NCBI GenBank assembly: GCA_036339735.1
Contig: JAYZAL010000027.1
Coordinates: forward strand, 1-48,077
DNA length: 48,077 nucleotides
Direction of reading: 5' to 3'
Source: Candidatus Poribacteria bacterium
GTDB taxonomy: Bacteria > Poribacteria > WGA-4E > UBA9662
The notes below the pieces were generated by a model that saw only the letters and a list, made by a program, of their open reading frames with translations, was not told where the DNA came from and did no database searches. A program made the translations under genes and the position numbers. The stretch's first letter is position 1. Every line of letters begins with the position of its first letter. Of the stretch, positions 37,243-46,864 are shown piece after piece.

Positions 37243-39411
37243 TTACTGGCTTTCAATCGAGTCGTTAGTTGCACTAGTAGATTGAATTAAGTGATCAATT
37301 CGTGTTCCTAACTGGTTAATATAAAACTCTTCACCATCAACTTTTACCACAGCTAATGGTGGAAACGATGGGAAAATAATGCTTCCAGATCCTTGCGCTA
37401 CTTGGTTAATTATGCTGGATTTGGATGCCTCAAATCTTTGAAGTTGAGATAGGTATTCTACTCGGTTAATTTGTTGGTTTTGATCTTGATCGTAGAAGTT
37501 GAAAAAGTCTTTAATTTCGATTTCATTACTTTCACTACTGACTAAGGCTAGATGAAAAAGCTCTACAAGTCGATTAGTTTTTGCTGCTTCAATCGATAAA
37601 AACTCTCTGGAACGCCCAAATTCACTCTCCCCGATTTGCCCGTCTCGATTTAAATCTAGCTGATCAAAATAATTTTTATACTGTTCGGATATAGGTACAA
37701 AATCTCCCATATCAATAGACATAAAACAAAATCCACTTGAATTTGTATTCGAAGAAACCAATTCTAACTGTCCAAGACTCTCCAAATGAAAGAAATCAGA
37801 AGCTTGATCAAATTGAGGCGAGATTTGGTATTGTCCACTCTTATCAATATAGCCATATTTACCGCTGACGCCATCCAAGGCACAAGCCAACTGATACTGA
37901 AAGTTTCTTGCTTGCTGGAACTGAGCTGGAATTACAACATTACCGCCTTGGTCGATATAACCGAACTTAGGTTTTTTATCGGAGGTTGGGCTCTCTTTGT
38001 TACCGACCGACTCAACAATGGAAAAAACGGCTAAGTTGTCGAAAAAATTATATGCAAGGCCTAAATCTACTTCGAATTGAAAATCCCCATTTCTGTCAAT
38101 ATAGCCACGTCTTGTCTGCCCCAAGTTGTCGGTTTTTTCTACATACGCCCGATTATTCGAAAAATCTTCAGCAAAAGTAAACTGGGGGTTAATAACCATT
38201 TCGCCGAATTCATCAATATAGCCGAATAAACCACCTCCAACGGGTTTGCCGTCCATTAAACGTCCACCGATCAAAATACGTGCCAACCCATCTACTAGGT
38301 CGCCACAGTAATTGTACTGAGCAGGAATTTTGGTAATCAAGTCAGGGCCATCTGGTTGATAAGCCAAAAAACCATAATCCATCTGACTATTCATACCACT
38401 CGTATATTGGCCGAACCGAATTAGCCTCGAAGACATCTGACCAATCGCGTCGAAAGTTAGATTTTTACCAGGTAGATAAGAATCAGTCGGGGACGAAATG
38501 GGTTTGGCTAATATGAGTTTGAAAGGAGTTGCTTCACCGGGTGTTATTTGCAAAAATGACCAATTCCCTCGATTTCGAACAATCGCTAATTTGTCAACTG
38601 TATCATAAGCTTGTTGGTAAGTAGCTGGAACGACAATCAAAGGGTCATTAATCTGTGTTGCACTCAATTGCTGATTTCCTACCTCTGCAATTTTTTGAAT
38701 ACTAATGTAACCATATCGCTTACCCTGAACGATTTTTGCAATACCATCAGCTGAAAATGGAAAAGCCTGAGTGTACTTGGCTGGAACAACTTCAGATATA
38801 GGAGGTTTTTCATTCTTACAATATCTAAGATACCCAAATTTTCTCCCTGACTGAAAAGGTGCCAGTATCCATTGGTCGGCGTTTACTTCAATTTTAACGA
38901 AAGAGCCAACTTTTGTGTACTTCGGCGGCAACACCATATTACCTCTCACATCGACATACCCATATTTGCGTGACTTTATGTTACCAATCCCGACAGCCGC
39001 TAATTGACAATGAAAAGTATCAGCGTCATCGAACTGCCAATCCATAGCCTGATGACCTTTTTGATCTATAAAATGCCATCTCTGATCAATTTGCACACAA
39101 GCTAACTGACGTCCATTTTCACCGACTATAGCCGAAAAATCTTTAGCCGATTTATACTTAGCATCCACTATACGGTGACCATTTTTGGAAATGAAACCAA
39201 ACCTCTCTCCAACTTGAATCCGCGCAAAACCATTTTTGAAAGGGAAAGTTCGAATTTGGAAATATTTATCTGGTACTTGTACCGATAACGAATTGAGAGG
39301 AACGATAAGTGAAACCAACCATAAAGATATCAGTTTCACTACTGTTCTATAAAAAGTGGACACGCTTGATTTCACTTGGAGGATGATGTACGATGGCCTG
39401 GACTTTCCCAT
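37243..39411 (-). CDS. WG-repeat (KWG-type) exported protein with an EF-hand insertion
   Basis: About ten (Y/F)G(Y/F)ID..G..VI.P.F..A..F repeats; EF-hand loops DLNRDGQIGESE and DQDQNQQINRVE. Confidence 0.85.
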   Translation of the reverse strand: MGKSRPSYIILQVKSSVSTFYRTVVKLISLWLVSLIVPLNSLSVQVPDKYFQIRTFPFKNGFARIQVGERFGFISKNGHRIVDAKYKSAKDFSAIVGENGRQLACVQIDQRWHFIDQKGHQAMDWQFDDADTFHCQLAAVGIGNIKSRKYGYVDVRGNMVLPPKYTKVGSFVKIEVNADQWILAPFQSGRKFGYLRYCKNEKPPISEVVPAKYTQAFPFSADGIAKIVQGKRYGYISIQKIAEVGNQQLSATQINDPLIVVPATYQQAYDTVDKLAIVRNRGNWSFLQITPGEATPFKLILAKPISSPTDSYLPGKNLTFDAIGQMSSRLIRFGQYTSGMNSQMDYGFLAYQPDGPDLITKIPAQYNYCGDLVDGLARILIGGRLMDGKPVGGGLFGYIDEFGEMVINPQFTFAEDFSNNRAYVEKTDNLGQTRRGYIDRNGDFQFEVDLGLAYNFFDNLAVFSIVESVGNKESPTSDKKPKFGYIDQGGNVVIPAQFQQARNFQYQLACALDGVSGKYGYIDKSGQYQISPQFDQASDFFHLESLGQLELVSSNTNSSGFCFMSIDMGDFVPISEQYKNYFDQLDLNRDGQIGESEFGRSREFLSIEAAKTNRLVELFHLALVSSESNEIEIKDFFNFYDQDQNQQINRVEYLSQLQRFEASKSSIINQVAQGSGSIIFPSFPPLAVVKVDGEEFYINQLGTRIDHLIQSTSATNDSIESQ

Positions 39412-39525
39412 GATTGTTCTATACCACTTAAAATTTAACAGAAGCTAACGATTGCAACGCATGTCCGGCACTTTTGTTTCACATAACCGATTAAGCGAGT
39501 AAATTACTTTTACCCGATAATATAA

Positions 39526-41502
39526 ATGACTAAGTTAGTCCATAGCCAAACTGCTAATAGCCCAACTCTACGATCTATAATTATGGGCCTACTACTAGTT
39601 ATATTATTTTGTGCGGTTATTCCCTATAATGATTTTTACATTGAAGGAACATTTCTTGCTGGTAATCACTTTCCGATCGGAGCCATGTTCTTATTCATCT
39701 TCATTTTATTTATTATTAACCCTCTGTTGAATTTACTTTCTAATATTAATAATAAGTTCGATCATGCATGGGTTTTGAATGAGGTTGAATTAGTTACCAT
39801 ATGGTGCATGATGATAGTTTCAATTAGTGTACCGACAGTTGGCCTAGCACGTTGGCTATATCCAATTCTAATTGGTTTTCGATATTTTGCGACACCCGAA
39901 AACGACTGGCAGGCACTATTTGGCCACTATTTCCCTGAGTGGTTAGCTCCAACTGATTCATATGCTATTCGTTATTTCTATGAGCAACTTCCTGATGGGG
40001 CACCAGTCCCATACTGGGTTTGGTTCAAACCAATTTCATTCTGGATGGGAGTGATTGGAGGTCTATGGTTGTTAATGATTACTTTGAGTACTATTTTCAG
40101 ACAGCAGTGGATCGAGCGTGAGAAGTACACTTTCCCTTTGGCTGAATTGCCCAGCGAATTGGCCAAGCAGCAATCGATTGGTAGCAGATCGAGCCATCTT
40201 TTGAGGCAAAAGATGATGTGGGTTAGTATATCAATTCCGGTTGTTATTCATACTTGTAATGGAATAAACTTTTACTTTCCAAACTTTCCTGCATTTCCTC
40301 TCAAGCTTAATCTTAATAGTTACCTGAATGAAAAACCGTGGTCTGTGGTTCGGCCAATGTGGCTATTTTTATTTCCATCGGTGATTGGTTTCACATACCT
40401 AGTACGGTTGGACGTTTCTTTGAGCATTTGGTTTTTTTTTCTTTTCTATCGATTACAATTAGTCACCGCTAGCACTTTGGGTATCCCTATGGAACAATCA
40501 ATGGGGTATGTAAGCAAGGCATACGCTTCTCATATGGAAATAGGTGGTTATGTAGTTGCAGTAACATATTTTTTGTGGACTGGCCGGCGGTATTTATTTG
40601 AAATATTATGGTCTTTTTTCAGCCGCACTCGATCTGACCCTAATCAGCCTATCGCAGAACCATGGGTTCTACCTTGTCTAGCAATTGGTGTTCTCCTTCC
40701 ATCTTTGTTACTCTACAGTGCCGGAGCTAGTCTACTCCTTTCTATGGGAGTGATTATTCTAATGGGAATTGCCTCAATTATATTGACTTACATAGTCGTT
40801 GCTGGTGGTGTCATTCACATTAATAGTTCATTTCGAGCTTTTGATTTTTACCATACTGCATTAGGCTCAAGTAAAATTAGCCCAAATAGTCTCGCCGTTT
40901 TATCGATACCCTCAGCCATTTTTCGTACTAAACGTGGCCTTCTAATGCCGCACGTGAGTAATGCATTTAAAATGGCCACAGCGTCTAATATCAAGAGCCA
41001 ACAACTTCTCACTACTATGATACTTTCCATCACTTTAGCCGTAATACTTACAAGTTTCTTCTTTCTAAAATTAGTTTATCAGCACGGGGCTCTGAACTTA
41101 CAGTACTGGACTTTCATGACTGCACCTATAGTTCCATTCCGTTGGTTGGAAACGCAATTCCAAACACCAACTGAAACTAACTGGGTCAATCTCGGTTTTG
41201 TAATTACAGGAGCAATAGGAACTGGTTGGCTATATTGGATGAGAAGTCAATTTGTTTGGTGGCCATTTCATCCTATTGGATTTATAGCTTCGCCTGGGGA
41301 ATTTGCATTGAATAATATATGGTTTTCTATTTTTGTGGGATGGGTTTTAAAAAAAATCCTACTAGGGACCGGTGGTTTGAAGTCATTTCAAAAGGCTAAG
41401 CCTTTTTTTATTGGTTTAGTATTAGGTGATTGCTTTATAGGTGGTGTATGGGCAATTGTTGGCCTTGTGGTTGGTGAAGGCTATACTATGCTGCCAGGCT
41501 AA
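39526..41502 (+). CDS. Polytopic membrane protein, DUF6785/DUF6784 family (OPT-like putative transporter)
   Basis: Many TM segments; W..W..P..FW, RQQWIEREKYTFPLA.LP, WWPFHPIGF, PFFIGLVLGD. Confidence 0.8.
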   Translation: MTKLVHSQTANSPTLRSIIMGLLLVILFCAVIPYNDFYIEGTFLAGNHFPIGAMFLFIFILFIINPLLNLLSNINNKFDHAWVLNEVELVTIWCMMIVSISVPTVGLARWLYPILIGFRYFATPENDWQALFGHYFPEWLAPTDSYAIRYFYEQLPDGAPVPYWVWFKPISFWMGVIGGLWLLMITLSTIFRQQWIEREKYTFPLAELPSELAKQQSIGSRSSHLLRQKMMWVSISIPVVIHTCNGINFYFPNFPAFPLKLNLNSYLNEKPWSVVRPMWLFLFPSVIGFTYLVRLDVSLSIWFFFLFYRLQLVTASTLGIPMEQSMGYVSKAYASHMEIGGYVVAVTYFLWTGRRYLFEILWSFFSRTRSDPNQPIAEPWVLPCLAIGVLLPSLLLYSAGASLLLSMGVIILMGIASIILTYIVVAGGVIHINSSFRAFDFYHTALGSSKISPNSLAVLSIPSAIFRTKRGLLMPHVSNAFKMATASNIKSQQLLTTMILSITLAVILTSFFFLKLVYQHGALNLQYWTFMTAPIVPFRWLETQFQTPTETNWVNLGFVITGAIGTGWLYWMRSQFVWWPFHPIGFIASPGEFALNNIWFSIFVGWVLKKILLGTGGLKSFQKAKPFFIGLVLGDCFIGGVWAIVGLVVGEGYTMLPG

Positions 41503-41521
41503 CCCAAAAAATAGTAGTTCG

Positions 41522-42334
41522 TCAACTAAAAAATAGGATAGAACGGTTAGTTGGCGCCAAGTCGTATTTTTTGGCTAACTGATAAAAATATTCTAAACCG
41601 TCTATTTCTTCTGAACCAAGATTGAAGAAAATATGCTTTGTCAAATAACGATGACAAAGTTCAAAAGAAAATCCTAATTTCTTAGCCTCCTCACTTGCGA
41701 TTATCTCAATTTGACTTAATCCTTCATCTTTTGATTGATTCAGAATTCGACTAATGTCTCCTAGTTTAGTATTCGATCGCCCGACCCAACAAGCATATAC
41801 AAACGGTAATCCAGTCAATTGCTGCCAAATTTCTCCTAAATCAAACACATATTTGGTGTCTTTCCGATAACGTAGAGCTTGGTCTCCAATCAACATCACG
41901 GCGTCGGCTCCATGGTTTGATGGTTGTGTATTTGGTGAGCAGTCTACAAACTCAGGGTAAATTTGCCAATATTCAGCCAACAAAATTTTTACCAGTGCTT
42001 GAGAAGTGCGAGAACTACTATCGAGACCAACAGATTTGCATTGGCTCAGTGGTTTTTGACTAAATAGGAGAATACTTTGAACTCGACCTCTTGAAGCAAT
42101 ACAGATATCAGGAACAATGCGGTAGTTAGGTTGACGAAAGTACTCAATAATAGGGATTAGAGCTAGATCTAGCTCTTCTTTTTCCAACTGACCAGACAAG
42201 AGACTAGGATAACCAAGACTAAGTTTAATGTCAGGTATTGGAGATTGAATCAGTGAATGTACAAGCGGTTTTGTATTTAGAAAAGAAACCGCACCAATTC
42301 GTTTCTGTTTTGGAGAAGTGATAGTCAACTCCAA
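41522..42334 (-). CDS. mqnA: Chorismate dehydratase (futalosine menaquinone pathway)
   Basis: RIGAVSFLNTKPL, SSRTS, LIGDQAL, DLGEIW...TGLPFVYA.W. Confidence 0.93.
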   Translation of the reverse strand: MELTITSPKQKRIGAVSFLNTKPLVHSLIQSPIPDIKLSLGYPSLLSGQLEKEELDLALIPIIEYFRQPNYRIVPDICIASRGRVQSILLFSQKPLSQCKSVGLDSSSRTSQALVKILLAEYWQIYPEFVDCSPNTQPSNHGADAVMLIGDQALRYRKDTKYVFDLGEIWQQLTGLPFVYACWVGRSNTKLGDISRILNQSKDEGLSQIEIIASEEAKKLGFSFELCHRYLTKHIFFNLGSEEIDGLEYFYQLAKKYDLAPTNRSILFFS

Positions 42335-43465
42335 TTATGCGGCAACTGATTGCCAATCACTACCATTACGTATGACCTGATTGTAGAGCGTATCTCGCTC
42401 AATTGGATCTCGACCAGCTTCTCTAATCAATTGCGCAATCTGATCAACAGATACTGACTGTGGAGAAGAAGCCCCAGCCATATGGGTAATCTTTTCCTCA
42501 GTAACTGTGCCATGAATATCGTCAGCACCGAAATTGAGGGCAACTTGAGCCGTTTTTAGACCAAGCATAATCCAATAGGCTCTAATATGGGGAATGTTAT
42601 CTAGCATCAGGCGAGAAACTGCGACACACCTCAAGTCAGTTAAGCCTGACGTACTAGGCAAGTATGCCAAACGAGTATTTTCCGGGTGGAATGCCAAAGG
42701 TATAAAGGTCACAAATCCCCCAGAAACGTCTTGGCCTTCCCGAACTCGAACAAGGTGATCGACACGATCTTCAACCGTTTCTAAATGCCCGTAAAGCATG
42801 GTAACGTTTGATGGGATGCCCAACTCGTGGGCCTGACGATGAATATCGAACCATTCATCTGCATCAATTTTACCCCGGCAAACCTTGTCGCGCGTTTGCT
42901 TCGAAAAAATTTCAGCACCCCCACCAGGCATGGAATCCAGACCAGCTTCCTTCAGTGCTGACAGGGTCTGATGGATTGATTGTTTGGACAGTCGGGCTAA
43001 ATGATGAATTTCGACTGCGGTAAAGAATTTTCTGTGGACTTGTGGCATCCTTTCTTTTAACCCACTCAGCAAGTCAAGATAGTATTGAAATGGCAATTTA
43101 GGGTGCAAGCCACCAACGCTATGTATTTCAGTACATCCATTTTCTAATGAATACATGGCTTTATCGAGAAATTGTTCTAAGCTCAATTCCCAAGCCCCCT
43201 GAGTTTCAATATTTTTGCGTGCAAACGCACAGAAATGGCATCGGGCGTGTAGAATGCAAACATTTGTGTAATCAATATGCTGGTTCAGATTGTAATAGCC
43301 AACATTTCCGTTTGTTCTTTCACGCACGATGTTAGCTAAGTAACCAACTCCTAGTAAATCCCGACTATTAAAAAGGGTTAAACCATCTTCGTAACTCAGC
43401 CGTTCCCGGTTCATAACTTTTTGATGAATAGAAACGAGTGCTTGGTCGCTCAGTTGAAAATCCAT
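42335..43465 (-). CDS. mqnE: Aminofutalosine synthase (CofH-like radical SAM enzyme)
   Basis: LAN.VRER..G, VGGLHP, FTAVEI, SMPGGGAEIF, TMLYGH.E, FIPLAFHPEN, RLMLDNIPHIRAYWIM, GTVTEEKI.HMAGA; adjacent to mqnA. Confidence 0.9.
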   Translation of the reverse strand: MDFQLSDQALVSIHQKVMNRERLSYEDGLTLFNSRDLLGVGYLANIVRERTNGNVGYYNLNQHIDYTNVCILHARCHFCAFARKNIETQGAWELSLEQFLDKAMYSLENGCTEIHSVGGLHPKLPFQYYLDLLSGLKERMPQVHRKFFTAVEIHHLARLSKQSIHQTLSALKEAGLDSMPGGGAEIFSKQTRDKVCRGKIDADEWFDIHRQAHELGIPSNVTMLYGHLETVEDRVDHLVRVREGQDVSGGFVTFIPLAFHPENTRLAYLPSTSGLTDLRCVAVSRLMLDNIPHIRAYWIMLGLKTAQVALNFGADDIHGTVTEEKITHMAGASSPQSVSVDQIAQLIREAGRDPIERDTLYNQVIRNGSDWQSVAA

Positions 43466-43497
43466 CTGTGATTATTCCCTCTGTTGGATATTGTTTA

Positions 43498-44094
43498 CTA
43501 ATTCGCTGTTTTCAATACTTTATCAACAAAGTATCGATGTACTAGATTATCTTCAGTTAGTTCAGGATGGAAGGTCGCAATTAGGACTCTTTCATTTTCT
43601 GCTAGGACAACGGTCTCTTCTGATGATTGTTCCAATTTATTGAGACCCAACACGTTTACATCTGGCCCCACCGTTTGAATTTTGGGTGCACGGATAAATA
43701 CACCCTCAAAGGCAGTGATTTTCCCATCTAACTTAAGTTCAAGGGAATCAATAAACGAATCGACTTGTCGACCGTAAGCGTTTCTTTCAATACTGGCGTT
43801 AATTAGCCCAAGTGGTTCCATAGGATGGTTCGAGACATGTGTCGCAAGTAAAATCGAGCCCGCGCATGTACCGAATATCGGGTGGTGCTGTGCAAATGCG
43901 CGAATCGGATCAACAAGCCCAATATTATGAAGTAACTTAATCAACGTTGTTGACTCACCACCAGGCATGATTAAGCCTGTACAACCGTGCAACTCTGTCG
44001 GTTTTCGAACTAGTGTAGTTTCCACATTCATCCGTTCAAGGGACACTTGGTGGAGTGAAAAGTCGCCTTGTAGAGCTAGTACACCAATCTTCAT
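43498..44094 (-). CDS. pdxT: PLP synthase glutaminase subunit
   Basis: GVLALQGDF, PGGESTT, GTCAG, RNAYGRQVDSF, FIRAP, FHPEL. Confidence 0.97.
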   Translation of the reverse strand: MKIGVLALQGDFSLHQVSLERMNVETTLVRKPTELHGCTGLIMPGGESTTLIKLLHNIGLVDPIRAFAQHHPIFGTCAGSILLATHVSNHPMEPLGLINASIERNAYGRQVDSFIDSLELKLDGKITAFEGVFIRAPKIQTVGPDVNVLGLNKLEQSSEETVVLAENERVLIATFHPELTEDNLVHRYFVDKVLKTAN

Positions 44095-44121
44095 TACTTG
44101 TTTATTGAACCCTATTTGCTG

Positions 44122-45012
44122 CTACCAACCTCTCTCCTGCATACGCTCAGCCTCTGGAATATCGTCGATTTCAATTCCCTTCATAGCTTCGCCAATACCC
44201 TCGCTTGCTTTTGCAACTTCGTCAGGGTCAAGATAATGCGTTGTTGCATGAACAATAGCTCTGGCACGCTCTGGGGGGTTATCAGATTTGTAGATGCCGC
44301 TACCAACAAACACCGTCTCGGCTCCGAGTTGCATCATCAATGCGGCATCTGCTGGTGTAGCAATGCCTCCTGCAGCAAAGTTAGGTACGGGGAGCTTACC
44401 GTTTTCCTTAATGCTCCGAATTAGTTCGACTGGAGCACCGATAGTTTTACCAAAATCGACTAATTCTTCGGGACCTAATGCACAAATTTGCTTGATTTCG
44501 CTTTGAACAGAACGCATATGCCGAACAGCTTCAATGATGTTACCAGTACCAGCCTCACCTTTAGTGCGAATCAGAGCTGCCCCCTCCGCAATTCTGCGTA
44601 AGGCTTCTCCCAAATTACGGCATCCACAAACAAAGGGAACCTTAAAACGCCATTTATCGATATGGTACTGATTGTCAGCCGGAGTCAAAACTTCGCTTTC
44701 ATCGATGAAGTCAACTTCTAGAGACTCCAAAACTTGTGCTTCAGCAAAGTGGCCAATTCGGCACTTTGCCATTACTGGAATCGTAACACTTTCCTGAATT
44801 TCACGAATTAACAGAGGGTCACTCATTCGGGCAACGCCTCCGTCTCGGCGAATATCTGCAGGAATGCGTTCCAATGCCATGACTGATACGGCGCCCGCTT
44901 CTTCAGCAATTTTAGCTTGTTCTACGTTGGATACGTCCATTATGACGCCTCCTTTCAGCATTTCAGCAAGAGCCGTTTTTTTTCTATATTCTTCCTCTTG
45001 GTACCACACCAT
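44122..45012 (-). CDS. pdxS: PLP synthase lyase subunit
   Basis: [47 protein letters not shown], ends MQERGW. Confidence 0.98.
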   Translation of the reverse strand: MVWYQEEEYRKKTALAEMLKGGVIMDVSNVEQAKIAEEAGAVSVMALERIPADIRRDGGVARMSDPLLIREIQESVTIPVMAKCRIGHFAEAQVLESLEVDFIDESEVLTPADNQYHIDKWRFKVPFVCGCRNLGEALRRIAEGAALIRTKGEAGTGNIIEAVRHMRSVQSEIKQICALGPEELVDFGKTIGAPVELIRSIKENGKLPVPNFAAGGIATPADAALMMQLGAETVFVGSGIYKSDNPPERARAIVHATTHYLDPDEVAKASEGIGEAMKGIEIDDIPEAERMQERGW

Positions 45013-45117
45013 GTTTAATCCTTGTTCATTGATATTTCTTTCTTGTTAAGTCAATAAAGATTTGGGTTATCTGGCATTATTTTTTTAGAGAATGTTTCCC
45101 GCCCGCGCGGCTCACAG

Positions 45118-45146
45118 ATTATAGCCCACAGCCTAGACCAGTTCAA
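45118..45146 (-). promoter_or_regulatory. Sigma-70 promoter of the pdxS operon
   Basis: TTGAAC-17nt-TATAAT on the minus strand, ~105 nt before the ATG. Confidence 0.7.
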
Positions 45147-45507
45147 GCCAAATCACCGATGGCGATAATGGACGTGAATCAATAGCATAACTAATGCTAC
45201 TTCTCATGACGATGCATTATGGTCAGTTTGAAACCATCAAGACTATCGGCTTAATAAGGGCCTTCCAGCCTTAGCTCTAGGTCTAAAGTATCGATAGAGC
45301 CAAGAGTTAGTAATTTATCACCTTCACGAAATTAACATATAACGGTAGAGTTATATTCAGGTCATCTTAGGAAATACCATTTGCAATAAATCTCACAAAT
45401 GTTAATAACCAAGTGATAGAGCATACTTTATTAGATACCCACAAACCCAGTTTAAGACGCAAAAGTTACAATTAGTAGCATTTTCTATAGAAGCGTACGT
45501 AAATAGG

Positions 45508-45540
45508 TACTAACCTGATCCAAGCAAGATCAGGTTAGTA
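45508..45540. repeat. Perfect 13-bp inverted repeat (possible terminator of the GT-C gene)
   Basis: TACTAACCTGATC-CAAGCAA-GATCAGGTTAGTA, with no clear U tract. Confidence 0.8.
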
Positions 45541-45646
45541 ATGGAAACAGAAGGAGTTCAAAATTATATAGTTTTTCGATTTTGCCACTTAAATCCATCT
45601 ATGACTGAGACACTACTATGTTGACCCTGAATAAGTTTACAAACAA

Positions 45647-46834
45647 TCAGATAATCAAATCAAAACTATTAGTCCAAAAGACCATCAAAGCCCCCTGCAA
45701 CATTGACAAACTAGTTACTGTCAGTTGATAGTACCAACTATGTGCAGGAATCTTGGCACACAGTATATAAATGGGAAAAACTACTAACGAGTAGCGCAAC
45801 ATGCTATTCATACACGTATGACCTGCAAGCGGTGGAAAGATCATTAAAATCATTGCCATCAGCGAATAAGCCAAAGGTATCTGCCGTATGCCTATACAAA
45901 TTATGAAGATCATACTGATTGAGAAAATGCCATTACAAAGGTGTAAAATATTACCATCTTGTAAACTTCGCCATAAGACTATCAATGGATTAGTCAATTC
46001 ATGTCCCCAACCAGTCTGTTGAATATGAGCAAAAGCCAAAAAGTCTCCTGTTACCAAATAGCACTGCAAGCAAAATAAGCCTAGACCCAACGGAACGAAG
46101 GCCAAGCACAAGATATCGGCCCGAATTTTATGTAAATTGAAACTGCGATTTTGTAGATAGAGTAGAAATAGAGGCAAACTAATAAACACACCAACCGATC
46201 GAGTGAGAGCAACTAAACCGCCAAAAACACCTGCCAGAAACCAACGATCCTGTTTGGCAAAGTAAAAAGCGGATAGCATACACAATACAAACAAGGATTC
46301 AGAAAAAACGGCAGAAAAGATAAATGCCGTTGGAAACAAGAACATGAATAAGACGGCTCGGTCCGCTGTTTCTGAACCTGACTGATTCGAAACAAGTTTG
46401 TGAAGTACGTAAGCTCCAAATAAAAAAGCCAGATTAGAAATTAGTAACCCACTAATAAAATTATTTCCTATGATAAAACCCACTATTCGCATCAAAAATG
46501 GGTAGAAAGGGAAAAAACCGTAATTAGCCCCTCCATGACCATTTAAAATGTTGTTATACCAATTCTGAGCGATATTTAGATACCAGCCAGTATCCCAAAC
46601 GCCCCAAATATTCAACCAAGTGTGGGTGTCGGGATAGGTTGGTGCTCTATGGGGTACTTTACTGAAGTCAATTCTCTGTTGTAAGTAAAAACGAGAAAAA
46701 ACACCGATCAACGTCAATATAAGCCTTGAACTAAAAAATAAAACAGCAATATACCGAATCTCAACGGGGGTTTTCTTGACCAGTTTTGCTAACATAACTA
46801 CATATTTCGAGATAGTTCTAAAATGATATGCCAT
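45647..46834 (-). CDS. GT-C membrane glycosyltransferase, PIG-V/mannosyltransferase-like
   Basis: WDTGWYLNIA, FFPFYP, FPTAFIFSAVFSESLF, ALTRSVG, LRY; multiple TM helices. Confidence 0.88.
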   Translation of the reverse strand: MAYHFRTISKYVVMLAKLVKKTPVEIRYIAVLFFSSRLILTLIGVFSRFYLQQRIDFSKVPHRAPTYPDTHTWLNIWGVWDTGWYLNIAQNWYNNILNGHGGANYGFFPFYPFLMRIVGFIIGNNFISGLLISNLAFLFGAYVLHKLVSNQSGSETADRAVLFMFLFPTAFIFSAVFSESLFVLCMLSAFYFAKQDRWFLAGVFGGLVALTRSVGVFISLPLFLLYLQNRSFNLHKIRADILCLAFVPLGLGLFCLQCYLVTGDFLAFAHIQQTGWGHELTNPLIVLWRSLQDGNILHLCNGIFSISMIFIICIGIRQIPLAYSLMAMILMIFPPLAGHTCMNSMLRYSLVVFPIYILCAKIPAHSWYYQLTVTSLSMLQGALMVFWTNSFDLII

Positions 46835-46864
46835 TCAAAATTTGGCCAGCTTTGGATCGTATAC

